In this document: positions 1 through 9,137 of the stretch, piece after piece
How the letters are laid out: every line of letters begins with the position of its first letter
Numbering within the stretch: the first letter of the stretch is position 1
Notes under the pieces: generated by a model
What the model was told of the DNA's origin: nothing
Database searches by the model: none
The model's input: the letters and a program-made list of their open reading frames with translations, nothing else
Program-made: the position numbers and the translations under genes
Assembly: GCA_001002135.1 (NCBI GenBank)
Contig: LCLP01000001.1
Span: 427,114 to 483,367 of the forward strand
From: Candidatus Pacebacteria bacterium GW2011_GWA1_46_10
GTDB lineage: Bacteria > Patescibacteriota > Microgenomatia > UBA1400 > PJMF01
Direction of reading: 5' to 3'
DNA length: 56,254 nucleotides

Positions 1-865
1 GGTGAAGCGCTTGACTGCTTTGGCCGGCAAACTGCCCTCGCGGACAGAGTTGATCTTCGTGGATGATGGCAGTAAAGATCAAACGGTCTCGATTATCAAA
101 AAAGCTCGGTTCGCTTTTCCTGTCAAGATTATCCAGTTTACCAGAAACTTCGGTCATCAAGCCGCCCTCTGGGCAGGTTTACAAGAAGCTCAAGGTCAAT
201 ATGTGGTGAGTTTGGATGGCGATCTTCAACATCCGCCGGAATTGATCCCCAAAATGTTGAGGCTTCACAAACAAGGGTATGAAATTGTTTTAACCCGGCG
301 CGTTGACAGTGACGGACTGGCTTTTTCTAAAAAGGCCAGCGCGCGGTTTTTCTACCGACTGATTAACCTACTCTCTAATACACCAGTAGAGCCGAATAGC
401 TCGGATTTTCGGTCGCTAGGCAGAAAAGCGCTTGATTCACTGCTGGCTTTACCAGAGCGCCGTAAGTTTTTGCGCGGCATGGTGCAATGGCTTGGTTGGG
501 AAACTGTGATTTTACCGTTTGAGGTTTCACGACGAGCAGCTGGGGAGAGTAAATATAGTGTGTACAAAATGGCACGCTTGGCGCTGCATGGTCTGACCTC
601 TTTTAGCACCATGCCGCTCTTTTTGTCAGCTATCTTCAGCCTGATCTTATTTATAGCGGCTGCTCTTTACGCGGCTTATGTGCTGTATATTCGGTTCTTT
701 AGTGACAAAGTAATTGAAGGTTGGGCCAGTGTTTTGTTTGTGACACTAGTGATTGGTGGTTTTATTTCTCTGTTTGTTGGTTTACTGGGGATTTATTTGG
801 CGGCGCTCTACGACGAAGTCAAAGGTCGGCCGGAATATTTGGTTAAAGAAAAATATGTCTCGTAG
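1..865 (+). CDS. GT2 polyprenol-phosphate glycosyltransferase (GtrB/YkcC-like), 5' end probably outside the window
   Basis: FVDDGSKD, RNFGHQAA, DGDLQHPP, SDFR motifs; two C-terminal TM helices; ends in RPEYLV. Confidence 0.9.
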   Translation, partial: VKRLTALAGKLPSRTELIFVDDGSKDQTVSIIKKARFAFPVKIIQFTRNFGHQAALWAGLQEAQGQYVVSLDGDLQHPPELIPKMLRLHKQGYEIVLTRRVDSDGLAFSKKASARFFYRLINLLSNTPVEPNSSDFRSLGRKALDSLLALPERRKFLRGMVQWLGWETVILPFEVSRRAAGESKYSVYKMARLALHGLTSFSTMPLFLSAIFSLILFIAAALYAAYVLYIRFFSDKVIEGWASVLFVTLVIGGFISLFVGLLGIYLAALYDEVKGRPEYLVKEKYVS

Positions 866-1556
866 AGCCGCCGATTTTCAGAAAATGCACTTTTACGAGC
901 GCTTCGCGTCTGACTTTGACTCTGTCGTTAATATGTACGACACAAAAAAACGATTGACGGTTGTCTTTGATGAGCTTTTAAAGAACGAGAACCTAAAAAA
1001 CAAACAACTACTCGATGCTGGGTGTGGCACTGGCTGGTTTAGCGCTGAGGCAGTCAGGAGAGGCGCTCGGGTGACTTCGATGGATTTAGGGAAACAGTTA
1101 TTGAAAGAGGTGGCTAAAAAAGCGCGTTCAAAAAGAGTGGTTGGCTCTATTCTAAAAATGCCGTTCAAAGCGAAGACCTTTGATTATGTAATTTGCAGCG
1201 AAGTGATTGAGCATGTCACTGATCCAGGATTAGCGCTCAAGGAAATATATCGTGTGCTCAAACCTGGCGGAATTTTAGTGTTAACGACCGCTAATAAATT
1301 TTGGTATTTTTCACTCTTGATTGCGAAATTGTTTAATCTCCGTCCCTATCAAGGCTTAGAGAATTGGCATTGGTATGGTCAGTTGCGCCGAATGCTTGAA
1401 AAAACTGGTTTTATGATTAGAGAAATGTATGGTATTCATGCCTTTCCGTTTGTCATCCCCATCTTAAACCCTGTTTTAGATAGACTGCACTTTGGGAGAA
1501 AGCTATTAGCACCGGTGATGGTCAATATTGCTGTTAAATGTCAAAAACCACGCTAA
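855..1556 (+). CDS. Class I SAM-dependent methyltransferase
   Basis: LLDAGCGTG, FDYVICSEVIEH, LKPGG; ATG at 855 overlaps the upstream gene end and is preferred to the called start at 753. Confidence 0.88.
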   Translation: MSRRAADFQKMHFYERFASDFDSVVNMYDTKKRLTVVFDELLKNENLKNKQLLDAGCGTGWFSAEAVRRGARVTSMDLGKQLLKEVAKKARSKRVVGSILKMPFKAKTFDYVICSEVIEHVTDPGLALKEIYRVLKPGGILVLTTANKFWYFSLLIAKLFNLRPYQGLENWHWYGQLRRMLEKTGFMIREMYGIHAFPFVIPILNPVLDRLHFGRKLLAPVMVNIAVKCQKPR

Positions 1557-3082
1557 AATCACTATTCGTTTTACTGATATTGGTTGTTTTTGCGGGAGTT
1601 TATTTCAGGAAGCAACTACAGCAACCGACCTTCAACTTGATTGATGATGGTTATAGTTTGTTAGTGTCTCAGCAATTGAGCGAGAGTTATTCACTAGAAA
1701 ATTGGCGGCAGACTTTAGTGAGTAGCGAACTGGCTAAAGGGCGACTAAGGCCTGGGTATTACCTCTACTACTTCGGAGTTTATTTGTTTTCGCAAGATAG
1801 CCCGATCAATTTTTGGCTTGCTCAGGCCGGCAGTTTAACATTATTGTTGTTTTTGGTTTGGTTGTTTTTTAAGGCAGCCGGATTTAACCACTGGTTTGCT
1901 CTGATTGTTACGATTCCCGTTTTCTTTTTTCCTGCCTTGTCGGACAACTTTTTACGGCTAGGACCGGCTGAATCTCGACAGCTGCTTTGGCTGCTAACAT
2001 CTTTTTACTGGTTGTGGAAAGTAGGAGAGATGAAGCGTTTTCAGTTTTTTGGTTACGCCGGAGCAGTAATTTTTTATTGCTTGGCACTGACAACTAAAGA
2101 AACAACTCTCATCGCTTTACCGGCTTTTTTGTATCTTTTGCTGATAAAACAACTTGGCTGGAAACTAAAACTTAATAGGGCCATTTTGCAGAAAGTGGGC
2201 GCCTCGTTGACGGCGGTTTTTTTGACGACTCTTTTTGTAATGCTGATTCCTCGTTCAGGCTACAGCGGTGAGCTCACTTTTAATTTAGCTCAAGCCAAAA
2301 ATAATCTCTTCGCTGCCAGGGTATCTTTTCCGGAGTTTTATTGGTTGCTTTGCTTGGGAGGGTTGAGTTTTATGATTAGGATGCTTGATCAAAAGAACTT
2401 CAAGTTTATTTTTAAGTCAGAGTTTTTCTTTTCACAGTTGTTTTTGTTATTAGCACTGCCTTTTCTGATTCTGCCACTATTTTGGCCATATCAGCTTGAA
2501 CGCTATCTTCTCCCAGGTCAATTATTTACTTGGCTGTTTTTTACGGTTGAAATGTGGTGGTTGATCCAGTTTTTGAGAAAAAAATCGGAAAATTACGGGG
2601 TGAGGGTAGTGAGTGTGTATTTTTTACTAGCGTTTGGTTTAACTCGTTTCATTTTTGTGCCGGCCTTTTTGAGTCCAGAAAAATTGGTGGCCAGATTGGT
2701 GACAAGCAAAAAAACTTGGTATGAGCAGTATCAGTACAGTGGCGCCCTGATTGATTTTTTGGCTGAAAATACCAGAGCAAACGAAAAACTGGTGGTTACC
2801 CACAACGACTATGAAGTTATTTATGAGATTGGGTTGTATACTTCTGATTTGAAGACAAAGCCAGTAGAAATCTACAGCGAGAATCAAGAAGCGGCTGAAG
2901 TGTTTGGTTGGCCCTATCAGTATATTGAAGATACCGCTCAATTATTTGCCAAGCTTGAGTCACCAGTGATGTTACTGGGGAGAGGAAAAGAGGTGACTGA
3001 ATACCCTCAAGCGCAGTTGCTCACTCCTTTTGATGTAGAGCTAACTGATGAAAACCAACTCTGGTTTGCAGTAGTAAAATGA
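1538..3082 (+). CDS. Multi-TM GT-C-fold membrane glycosyltransferase (putative)
   Basis: Acidic IDD after TM1, GRLRP loop, TKE motif, about 11 TMs, soluble C-terminal domain. Confidence 0.65.
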   Translation: MSKTTLKSLFVLLILVVFAGVYFRKQLQQPTFNLIDDGYSLLVSQQLSESYSLENWRQTLVSSELAKGRLRPGYYLYYFGVYLFSQDSPINFWLAQAGSLTLLLFLVWLFFKAAGFNHWFALIVTIPVFFFPALSDNFLRLGPAESRQLLWLLTSFYWLWKVGEMKRFQFFGYAGAVIFYCLALTTKETTLIALPAFLYLLLIKQLGWKLKLNRAILQKVGASLTAVFLTTLFVMLIPRSGYSGELTFNLAQAKNNLFAARVSFPEFYWLLCLGGLSFMIRMLDQKNFKFIFKSEFFFSQLFLLLALPFLILPLFWPYQLERYLLPGQLFTWLFFTVEMWWLIQFLRKKSENYGVRVVSVYFLLAFGLTRFIFVPAFLSPEKLVARLVTSKKTWYEQYQYSGALIDFLAENTRANEKLVVTHNDYEVIYEIGLYTSDLKTKPVEIYSENQEAAEVFGWPYQYIEDTAQLFAKLESPVMLLGRGKEVTEYPQAQLLTPFDVELTDENQLWFAVVK

Positions 3083-3096
3083 GGTAGTTTGATAGT

Positions 3097-4191
3097 ATGA
3101 AATTGTTTTCCGCCACCAGTCGAAAACTGAAAAAGACCGCTCTATTTCGGTCAGCAAGAAAAAACCAAGATTTGTTATTGTTTTTCTTACTGTTGTTGGT
3201 GGGACTCGTGAGCACGCTCTACGTGGAGTACAAATTTCAATACGCTCAATTTAAGTGGCTTGGTTGGCGGGTATTTGTCATTGCCGCCGCGATTGTTCAA
3301 TATGGAGCACTGCCTAAAAAGATTCACCAGAGGTATCAGCGACCATTACTATTTATTTTGGCGGCGATTGTGGTGTTTTACCTGATAAATTTGTTGGCTA
3401 ACCTAATTAATGTTTATCACTTGGAACGATTTCCGTCTTTGATGGGGTATTGTGAGCAGAATGAACAATTGTGCGACACGATAGTGCGAACGTTTTTCCA
3501 GTTTAAAGTCTACCGATTTGTCAGTTTGACTTCTTACTTTTTTATGTACGTGATTTTTTTGATCGTGGGCTTGCTTTTTTCACAACAAGTATATAAACGG
3601 ACCTTAAAGGTTTGGCGAAAGTTGCCCAAGATTCGGTTAAGAAGAGTAAAACTGAAGTATGTTTTACTGTTTTACTTTTTACTCGTTTACATTCTTATTC
3701 AGCAGCTTATTTCTGCTTTTTCTACCATTTCCAAGAAAATGGTTAAGATGTACTACACTTCAGCTTTACCCTATGAACAACGTTGGGAACAAGTGATGGG
3801 TGGACGGTTTTCATTTGGATGGATGAAGACTTACTCAGAGTTTGTTAACGCACATACACCGGAAAACTCAACTCTTCTGATTCCTGATATGGAGGCGCCT
3901 TGGGAAATGGAGGGCAACCCCGATTACTTACGTTGGTTTATTTACCCACGGAAAATGGTCCAAATGAAAGGCAGCAGTGAAGTTCCAAAAGAGGCTGATT
4001 ATGCGCTTTTGACTTATGGAGTATTTGGTTACTATAAACGAACTTTTCCAACATTTTTTATCGGTCAAGACCAGATTAATGAGATTATTTTTGTCAACCA
4101 AAATACCCTTGAAGTTACCAGACAACAGAACATCGACTACCATCCAGAAGAATATAAAAACGTTTGGGGGTTGATTGAGTTAAAGAAGTAA
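3097..4191 (+). CDS. Hypothetical membrane protein, copy A (paralog of 5544..6563)
   Basis: About 5 TMs plus a C-terminal soluble domain; shares GW..(Y/F)S.F, MEGN..Y.RWF.YPR and WGLIEL with copy B. Confidence 0.7.
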   Translation: MKLFSATSRKLKKTALFRSARKNQDLLLFFLLLLVGLVSTLYVEYKFQYAQFKWLGWRVFVIAAAIVQYGALPKKIHQRYQRPLLFILAAIVVFYLINLLANLINVYHLERFPSLMGYCEQNEQLCDTIVRTFFQFKVYRFVSLTSYFFMYVIFLIVGLLFSQQVYKRTLKVWRKLPKIRLRRVKLKYVLLFYFLLVYILIQQLISAFSTISKKMVKMYYTSALPYEQRWEQVMGGRFSFGWMKTYSEFVNAHTPENSTLLIPDMEAPWEMEGNPDYLRWFIYPRKMVQMKGSSEVPKEADYALLTYGVFGYYKRTFPTFFIGQDQINEIIFVNQNTLEVTRQQNIDYHPEEYKNVWGLIELKK

Positions 4192-4195
4192 AGCT

Positions 4196-5563
4196 ATGAC
4201 GTTACTCACAATTTTAGCCATCCAAGTATGTTTACTGATAGTGGGCTATTTGATGGCGGTGGTGTTTGGGGTAGCCCAAAAACTTGAAGCGCTAGCTGTT
4301 GCTTATTTACTCGGGTCAGGTGTAGTCTCGATTGTTTTCTTGCTCCTGCATTGGTTATTTGGTCTTAATTTGGATGCTACCAACTTTATTGCGTCAGTTT
4401 TTCTGACTGGAGGTCTGGCTTTTTTGATAACTAAACGCATGAAAAAAACAAAGGAGATGACTGATTTTCGACTAACCAAAACCAGTCGTGTTTTAAAAAG
4501 TCTGAGTGTCTTTGAAAAGAGTCTCCTAATCTTACTGTTCATTTTGGTTGGCTACACGATCATTGAGAACTATGTTTGGCCGGTGACTGCCTGGGATTCA
4601 CTGGCACTTTATGACTTTAGGGCCAGAGTGATGGCTGTTCACGGCAATATGGTGGAAGGTATTCAACTGGGATATTTCTTCCAGTATCCGCCCTTTACCA
4701 GTTTTCTTCATTTGTTCGGGTATGTGTTTGGTAATGAAAGAATTAAGCTGGCCTACTCGTTTATCTTTGCGTCATTACTCACAAGCTTTTTCGTGCTGCT
4801 GCGCCGGAAACAACCACTCTGGATTGCACTGCTAGGCACACTTTTTTTAGCGGTGGATAGTTATATTTTTGGTCATTCCACCGTGGCCTACACCAACTTA
4901 TCTTACGTCACGTTTTTGACGTTGGGACTGATTTATCTCCTGTTTTGGTTTCATGAGGGAGCGAAAAAGGATTTATTATTGGGAGCATTTTTGCTGGGAC
5001 TGAGTACTTGGGTACGTTCTTCCGAGCCTTTTTGGCTGGTGGGGATTGGGCTTATTTTGCTGCGGCTTTTTACCAAAAGAGAGCAGGTGTTCTTGGGACT
5101 ATTGATGATTTTCTTGATGGTTGGGATCAGTCGGTTGTGGGGGATTTTTGTTCAATCTCTTTATGCAGCTAATAACTTTTATCCGGCGGCCAGGCGTTCA
5201 CTGCTGGCGATCGTGTTGTCATCGAGGTTTTCGTTTGAGTTGTTGCTGTCACGCATCCAAGAAATTGGCGGTTATTTTTATTTGTACTCTTTGAATGTTT
5301 GGCGTTACCTACTCTTACCTTTTGGTTTTAGTTTCTACTATGACTGGCGCGCAAAAAATAAGCACAACCTTACTCTGGCGGTTATGGTAGGACTTCTCTT
5401 ATCAATGTTGTTTGGCGGGATTTTTATTTTCAGTCTTTATTATGAAACTTGGAACTTAATTACCGATTCACTGCAAAGAGTGAGCATGGTCTTCCCACCA
5501 TTGCTGATTTACTTCATTTTTAGTAGTCAGATTTGGAAACAACATGGTACTCAGCGTCGTTAG
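4196..5563 (+). CDS. GT-C (ArnT/PMT-like) glycosyltransferase, copy A
   Basis: WDSLALYDFRAR, YPP, WVRSSEPF motifs; many TMs. Confidence 0.75.
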   Translation: MTLLTILAIQVCLLIVGYLMAVVFGVAQKLEALAVAYLLGSGVVSIVFLLLHWLFGLNLDATNFIASVFLTGGLAFLITKRMKKTKEMTDFRLTKTSRVLKSLSVFEKSLLILLFILVGYTIIENYVWPVTAWDSLALYDFRARVMAVHGNMVEGIQLGYFFQYPPFTSFLHLFGYVFGNERIKLAYSFIFASLLTSFFVLLRRKQPLWIALLGTLFLAVDSYIFGHSTVAYTNLSYVTFLTLGLIYLLFWFHEGAKKDLLLGAFLLGLSTWVRSSEPFWLVGIGLILLRLFTKREQVFLGLLMIFLMVGISRLWGIFVQSLYAANNFYPAARRSLLAIVLSSRFSFELLLSRIQEIGGYFYLYSLNVWRYLLLPFGFSFYYDWRAKNKHNLTLAVMVGLLLSMLFGGIFIFSLYYETWNLITDSLQRVSMVFPPLLIYFIFSSQIWKQHGTQRR

Positions 5564-6563
5564 AAGAGATACCTTTCGCCTATTTTTAGTGCTCCTCTTT
5601 TTTTTGGGACTTTTAGTAAGTAATTTTATTTTTGAACTGGAAGGTGTTTTGTCTTACTCTCACCATTTGTTGTTAAGAAGTGTGCTGGCGCTGGCTGTTG
5701 TGAGTCTGTTTTTTTCAATGAGAAGAGTGACCCGCCAGAAACTCCAGCCAGTTATTAGAGTAGGCATCATCGTTTTGGCGGCGGCACTGTTCATAAACAT
5801 TTTCTTGAATATGATCAATGTTTATAGTCTCGGTGAAAGTTTTTGGGGGGTTGAGTTTTGTGCTGCTTTCGTGTCACTGTGTACTTTTGTTCAAACGGTG
5901 TTTTTTACGTTTAAATTATTTCGTTTCATTACTCTTTCCTCTTATTTCTTTTTACTGCCGTTGTTTACGTTGTTGATGATATATTTAGGCAACGATTTTG
6001 TTTTAGGAACTAAAAAATATGATTTACCAAGGAAATTTTTCTTGGCTTTAATTTTTTTGTTAATTTTACCCAACCTACTTAAAAGTTTTCACCGGGCTTA
6101 CTTATCCATCATTCAGAGCTATCAAATACGCCACGAAAACTTTTACGATCGCTTTGTCTTTAAAGAAGGTGGCCCGGGCTATTATGGCTGGATTAAGGTG
6201 TTTAGCAATTTTATTTTGGCTCAAACACCAACAAGCGCCAGTCTTTTAGTGCCGCCTCAAGCGATGGAGTATAAGATGGAGGGTAATACTAATTACTTCC
6301 GTTGGTTTTTATATCCTAGGCGACTGTATCATTTACAGAGTCTTGAGGCGGGATTGGAAAGTAACGAGTTGGATTATGTTGTCGTTTCTGGGGGTGAATG
6401 TGAGTCAAAACAGTGTGTGTGGCCAGATTTTGAGATTGATCAGGATACAATCAAGCGCATGATCTTTATTGACAGGGAAACACAGGGAGTGACGACAATA
6501 GAAGGTGAACCGTTTTTGCCTGAAAATTATCAAAATAAATGGGGCTTAATCGAGCTTCGATAA
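5544..6563 (+). CDS. Hypothetical membrane protein, copy B
   Basis: Paralog of 3097..4191 (MEGNTNYFRWFLYPR, WGLIELR). Confidence 0.7.
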   Translation: MVLSVVRRDTFRLFLVLLFFLGLLVSNFIFELEGVLSYSHHLLLRSVLALAVVSLFFSMRRVTRQKLQPVIRVGIIVLAAALFINIFLNMINVYSLGESFWGVEFCAAFVSLCTFVQTVFFTFKLFRFITLSSYFFLLPLFTLLMIYLGNDFVLGTKKYDLPRKFFLALIFLLILPNLLKSFHRAYLSIIQSYQIRHENFYDRFVFKEGGPGYYGWIKVFSNFILAQTPTSASLLVPPQAMEYKMEGNTNYFRWFLYPRRLYHLQSLEAGLESNELDYVVVSGGECESKQCVWPDFEIDQDTIKRMIFIDRETQGVTTIEGEPFLPENYQNKWGLIELR

Positions 6564-6564
6564 C

Positions 6565-7917
6565 ATGGAACTGATTACTCTTTTATTACTTCAACTAAGT
6601 TTAGTAGCGGTCGGCATTTTGCTCGCGGTATTACTAGGTATGAGAGGGAAACTCGAGATTTTTGGTTTAGCTTACCTACTTGGGTCTGGATTCGTCAGTT
6701 TGCTGTTCTTTTTGTTGCATTGGTGGTTGGGTCTCAATCTTGACAGTCTTAATTTGCTCATTACTTTAGGTGGGAGCTTGGTGCTTTTACTACTACTTGC
6801 TGTTGTTACTCGGAAAACTCTCTTCTTATCAAATCTTTTTTCATGGCGATTAAGAAAACATTGGCGGCCATTGATTAAGCTGGAGAAAGTAGTCTTTATC
6901 ATTATTTTGTTTCTGGTTGGTTTTAGTTTTTTTGAAAATTATTTTTGGCCAATTACTGACTGGGACGCGCTGGCTTTTTATGATTTTCGGGCGCGGATTA
7001 TTGCGTTAAGAGGAAATATGTTGGAAGGTATCCAGCTGGGATATTTTTTCCAATATCCGCCCTACACCAGTTTTTTACACGTTTTTGGCTATGTTTTTCA
7101 TGTTCAAAGAGTGAAAGTAGCCTATTCGTTTATCTATGGTTCTTTTTTATTGCTTTTCTATGCGCTCCTGAGGAGAAAACAGGATCAAACGATTAGTGGT
7201 ATTGCCACACTGATTCTCGCTTCGTTTACCATGATTTTTGAACACGCTGTGACTGCGTATAGCAACTTACCATATACTGCCTTTTTTTCACTGGGCATGA
7301 TGTACCTCTGGTTTTACGTCAATAAAGGTTCAAAAGCCGACTTGCTATTGGGGGGAATATTGGTCGGTTTGAGTACCTGGATACGATCTACCGAGCCGTT
7401 TTGGCTGGTCGCTGCTGTGCCGATTCTTTGGGGGTACTTCCGATATCGCACGCGGTTAGTCTCCAGTGTACTGCTATTAGCTTGGTTAAGCTTGCCAGAC
7501 AAATTATGGCGAGCCTTCTTAAAATACTTAGATAGTCTTTCTCCACTCAACATCTTTGAGTCTCAAACCCACACCATCGCTGCTATTAAAGACTTTATTA
7601 CTCAGGGAGAAGGAGTTGCTTCGCTCTTAGTTCATATCTGGCAAGTAAGTATTTATTTAGTAGAGATTTTGGTGCCAGAATTCTTTTTACTGTTTCTTTT
7701 ATTCGTTTTTGCTATCGGTCATGGAGCAAAAAGAAGATTGCCGGAATTGGTTACCTTGATTTTGCTATTTAGCATTGTTTGGGGAGGAACCTTTATTTTT
7801 AGCTTCACCTGGGATACCTGGAATTTGATAGCCGGCTCGATCGTCAGAATGTGTATGATTTTTATTCCGTTGCTGATCTTTTTGACAGCGAGAGATTTAC
7901 ATTATGAAAAGAAGTAA
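6565..7917 (+). CDS. GT-C (ArnT/PMT-like) glycosyltransferase, copy B
   Basis: WDALAFYDFRAR and EGIQLGYFFQYPP shared with 4196..5563. Confidence 0.75.
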   Translation: MELITLLLLQLSLVAVGILLAVLLGMRGKLEIFGLAYLLGSGFVSLLFFLLHWWLGLNLDSLNLLITLGGSLVLLLLLAVVTRKTLFLSNLFSWRLRKHWRPLIKLEKVVFIIILFLVGFSFFENYFWPITDWDALAFYDFRARIIALRGNMLEGIQLGYFFQYPPYTSFLHVFGYVFHVQRVKVAYSFIYGSFLLLFYALLRRKQDQTISGIATLILASFTMIFEHAVTAYSNLPYTAFFSLGMMYLWFYVNKGSKADLLLGGILVGLSTWIRSTEPFWLVAAVPILWGYFRYRTRLVSSVLLLAWLSLPDKLWRAFLKYLDSLSPLNIFESQTHTIAAIKDFITQGEGVASLLVHIWQVSIYLVEILVPEFFLLFLLFVFAIGHGAKRRLPELVTLILLFSIVWGGTFIFSFTWDTWNLIAGSIVRMCMIFIPLLIFLTARDLHYEKK

Positions 7918-9115
7918 AAATAAAAAGAATGTTATTTGGTTGCATTCTCATTTTTTGTATTGGATGGGTGGGACAAAGTTTATTTATCAGGTTATCTCTG
8001 AAATAAAAAAAAGCAGAAAAATTGGCAAAATTATTATTGGAGTGGAGAGAAGTTCTAATCTTATTAAAAAGAACTACCAAGAAATTGGGTTGGAAATAAA
8101 TGAGATCAACGTTATTTCTTCAAATAATATTTTCTATTGGTTGTTGCTGCCTGTCTTTTTGTTGGTTGATTTACTAAATCTAAGAAGGTTAATTAAAAAG
8201 AATAACTTGAAGTTGAAAGACACAATAGTAATTTCCAGTATGTTTCCGATGAATGTAGTGGCTGAGTTTTCAGGTATAAAACATATTCAAAATTGTTATG
8301 AACCGTTTGCATTTTTTTATGATGAAGAGTTCATTTCGCAGTTTTCATGGTTAAAAAAAATTTTCCTGAAAATTTTAGCCCTGATATATATTCCACTGGA
8401 CCCCTGGGCAACTAAGCGGGCTGAAGTGTTGTTGACACTTAACACTACTACTCAAAAAACAATCAAAACAGTGTATGGAAGGAACAGCGTAAAAACTCAA
8501 GCTGGAGTTGATTCGTCATTTTTCAAACCATATGTCTCGGTGGCAGTACAAAAAAAATACCATGGCAGGAAGATTGTCATTCATAGCACCGATTATTCAC
8601 CAGTTAAAGGGACTGATAAAGTTATTACTGCCTTTGCTCGAGTTGTAGAGGCAATACCTGAAGCACTTTTGCTTATTACCACCACTATAGATGACTCAGC
8701 ACGACGTACAGTCTACGAGCAGCTGACGGAAAAACTGCGTATTCACAACAAAGTTCGTTTTCTTGGTTTTGTACCGATAAAATTACTGCCACAATATTAC
8801 AGTTTAGCCTCGGCGATGGTTCAAGGTGCCTCGAGCGAAAAGTCTGGTACAACTTCAATGTCTTTACCTGTAAAAGAGGCAATGTGTTGTGAAACTCCTG
8901 CCATTAGACCGGATATGGGGGGTGAAGATGTTCAAGATAATAAAACAGGTTTTTTGGTTGATCCAAATAACACACACTTGTTGACTAAAAAAATAATCTT
9001 TTTACTTCGTCATGACGCGCTTGCCAAAAAAATGGGTAAAATGGCAAGGAAAACGATAAAAGAAAAATATACTTGGAAAAAGACTGCTCAAGTATTTCTA
9101 GACCAATTACGGTAA
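7904..9115 (+). CDS. GT4 family glycosyltransferase
   Basis: GT-B features: GGT near N-terminus, KG.D, VRFLGFV, KEAMCCETP, TGFLVDP, YTW. Confidence 0.85.
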   Translation: MKRSKNKKNVIWLHSHFLYWMGGTKFIYQVISEIKKSRKIGKIIIGVERSSNLIKKNYQEIGLEINEINVISSNNIFYWLLLPVFLLVDLLNLRRLIKKNNLKLKDTIVISSMFPMNVVAEFSGIKHIQNCYEPFAFFYDEEFISQFSWLKKIFLKILALIYIPLDPWATKRAEVLLTLNTTTQKTIKTVYGRNSVKTQAGVDSSFFKPYVSVAVQKKYHGRKIVIHSTDYSPVKGTDKVITAFARVVEAIPEALLLITTTIDDSARRTVYEQLTEKLRIHNKVRFLGFVPIKLLPQYYSLASAMVQGASSEKSGTTSMSLPVKEAMCCETPAIRPDMGGEDVQDNKTGFLVDPNNTHLLTKKIIFLLRHDALAKKMGKMARKTIKEKYTWKKTAQVFLDQLR

Positions 9116-9137
9116 TATTACGTTTTGGAAGTGAAAA

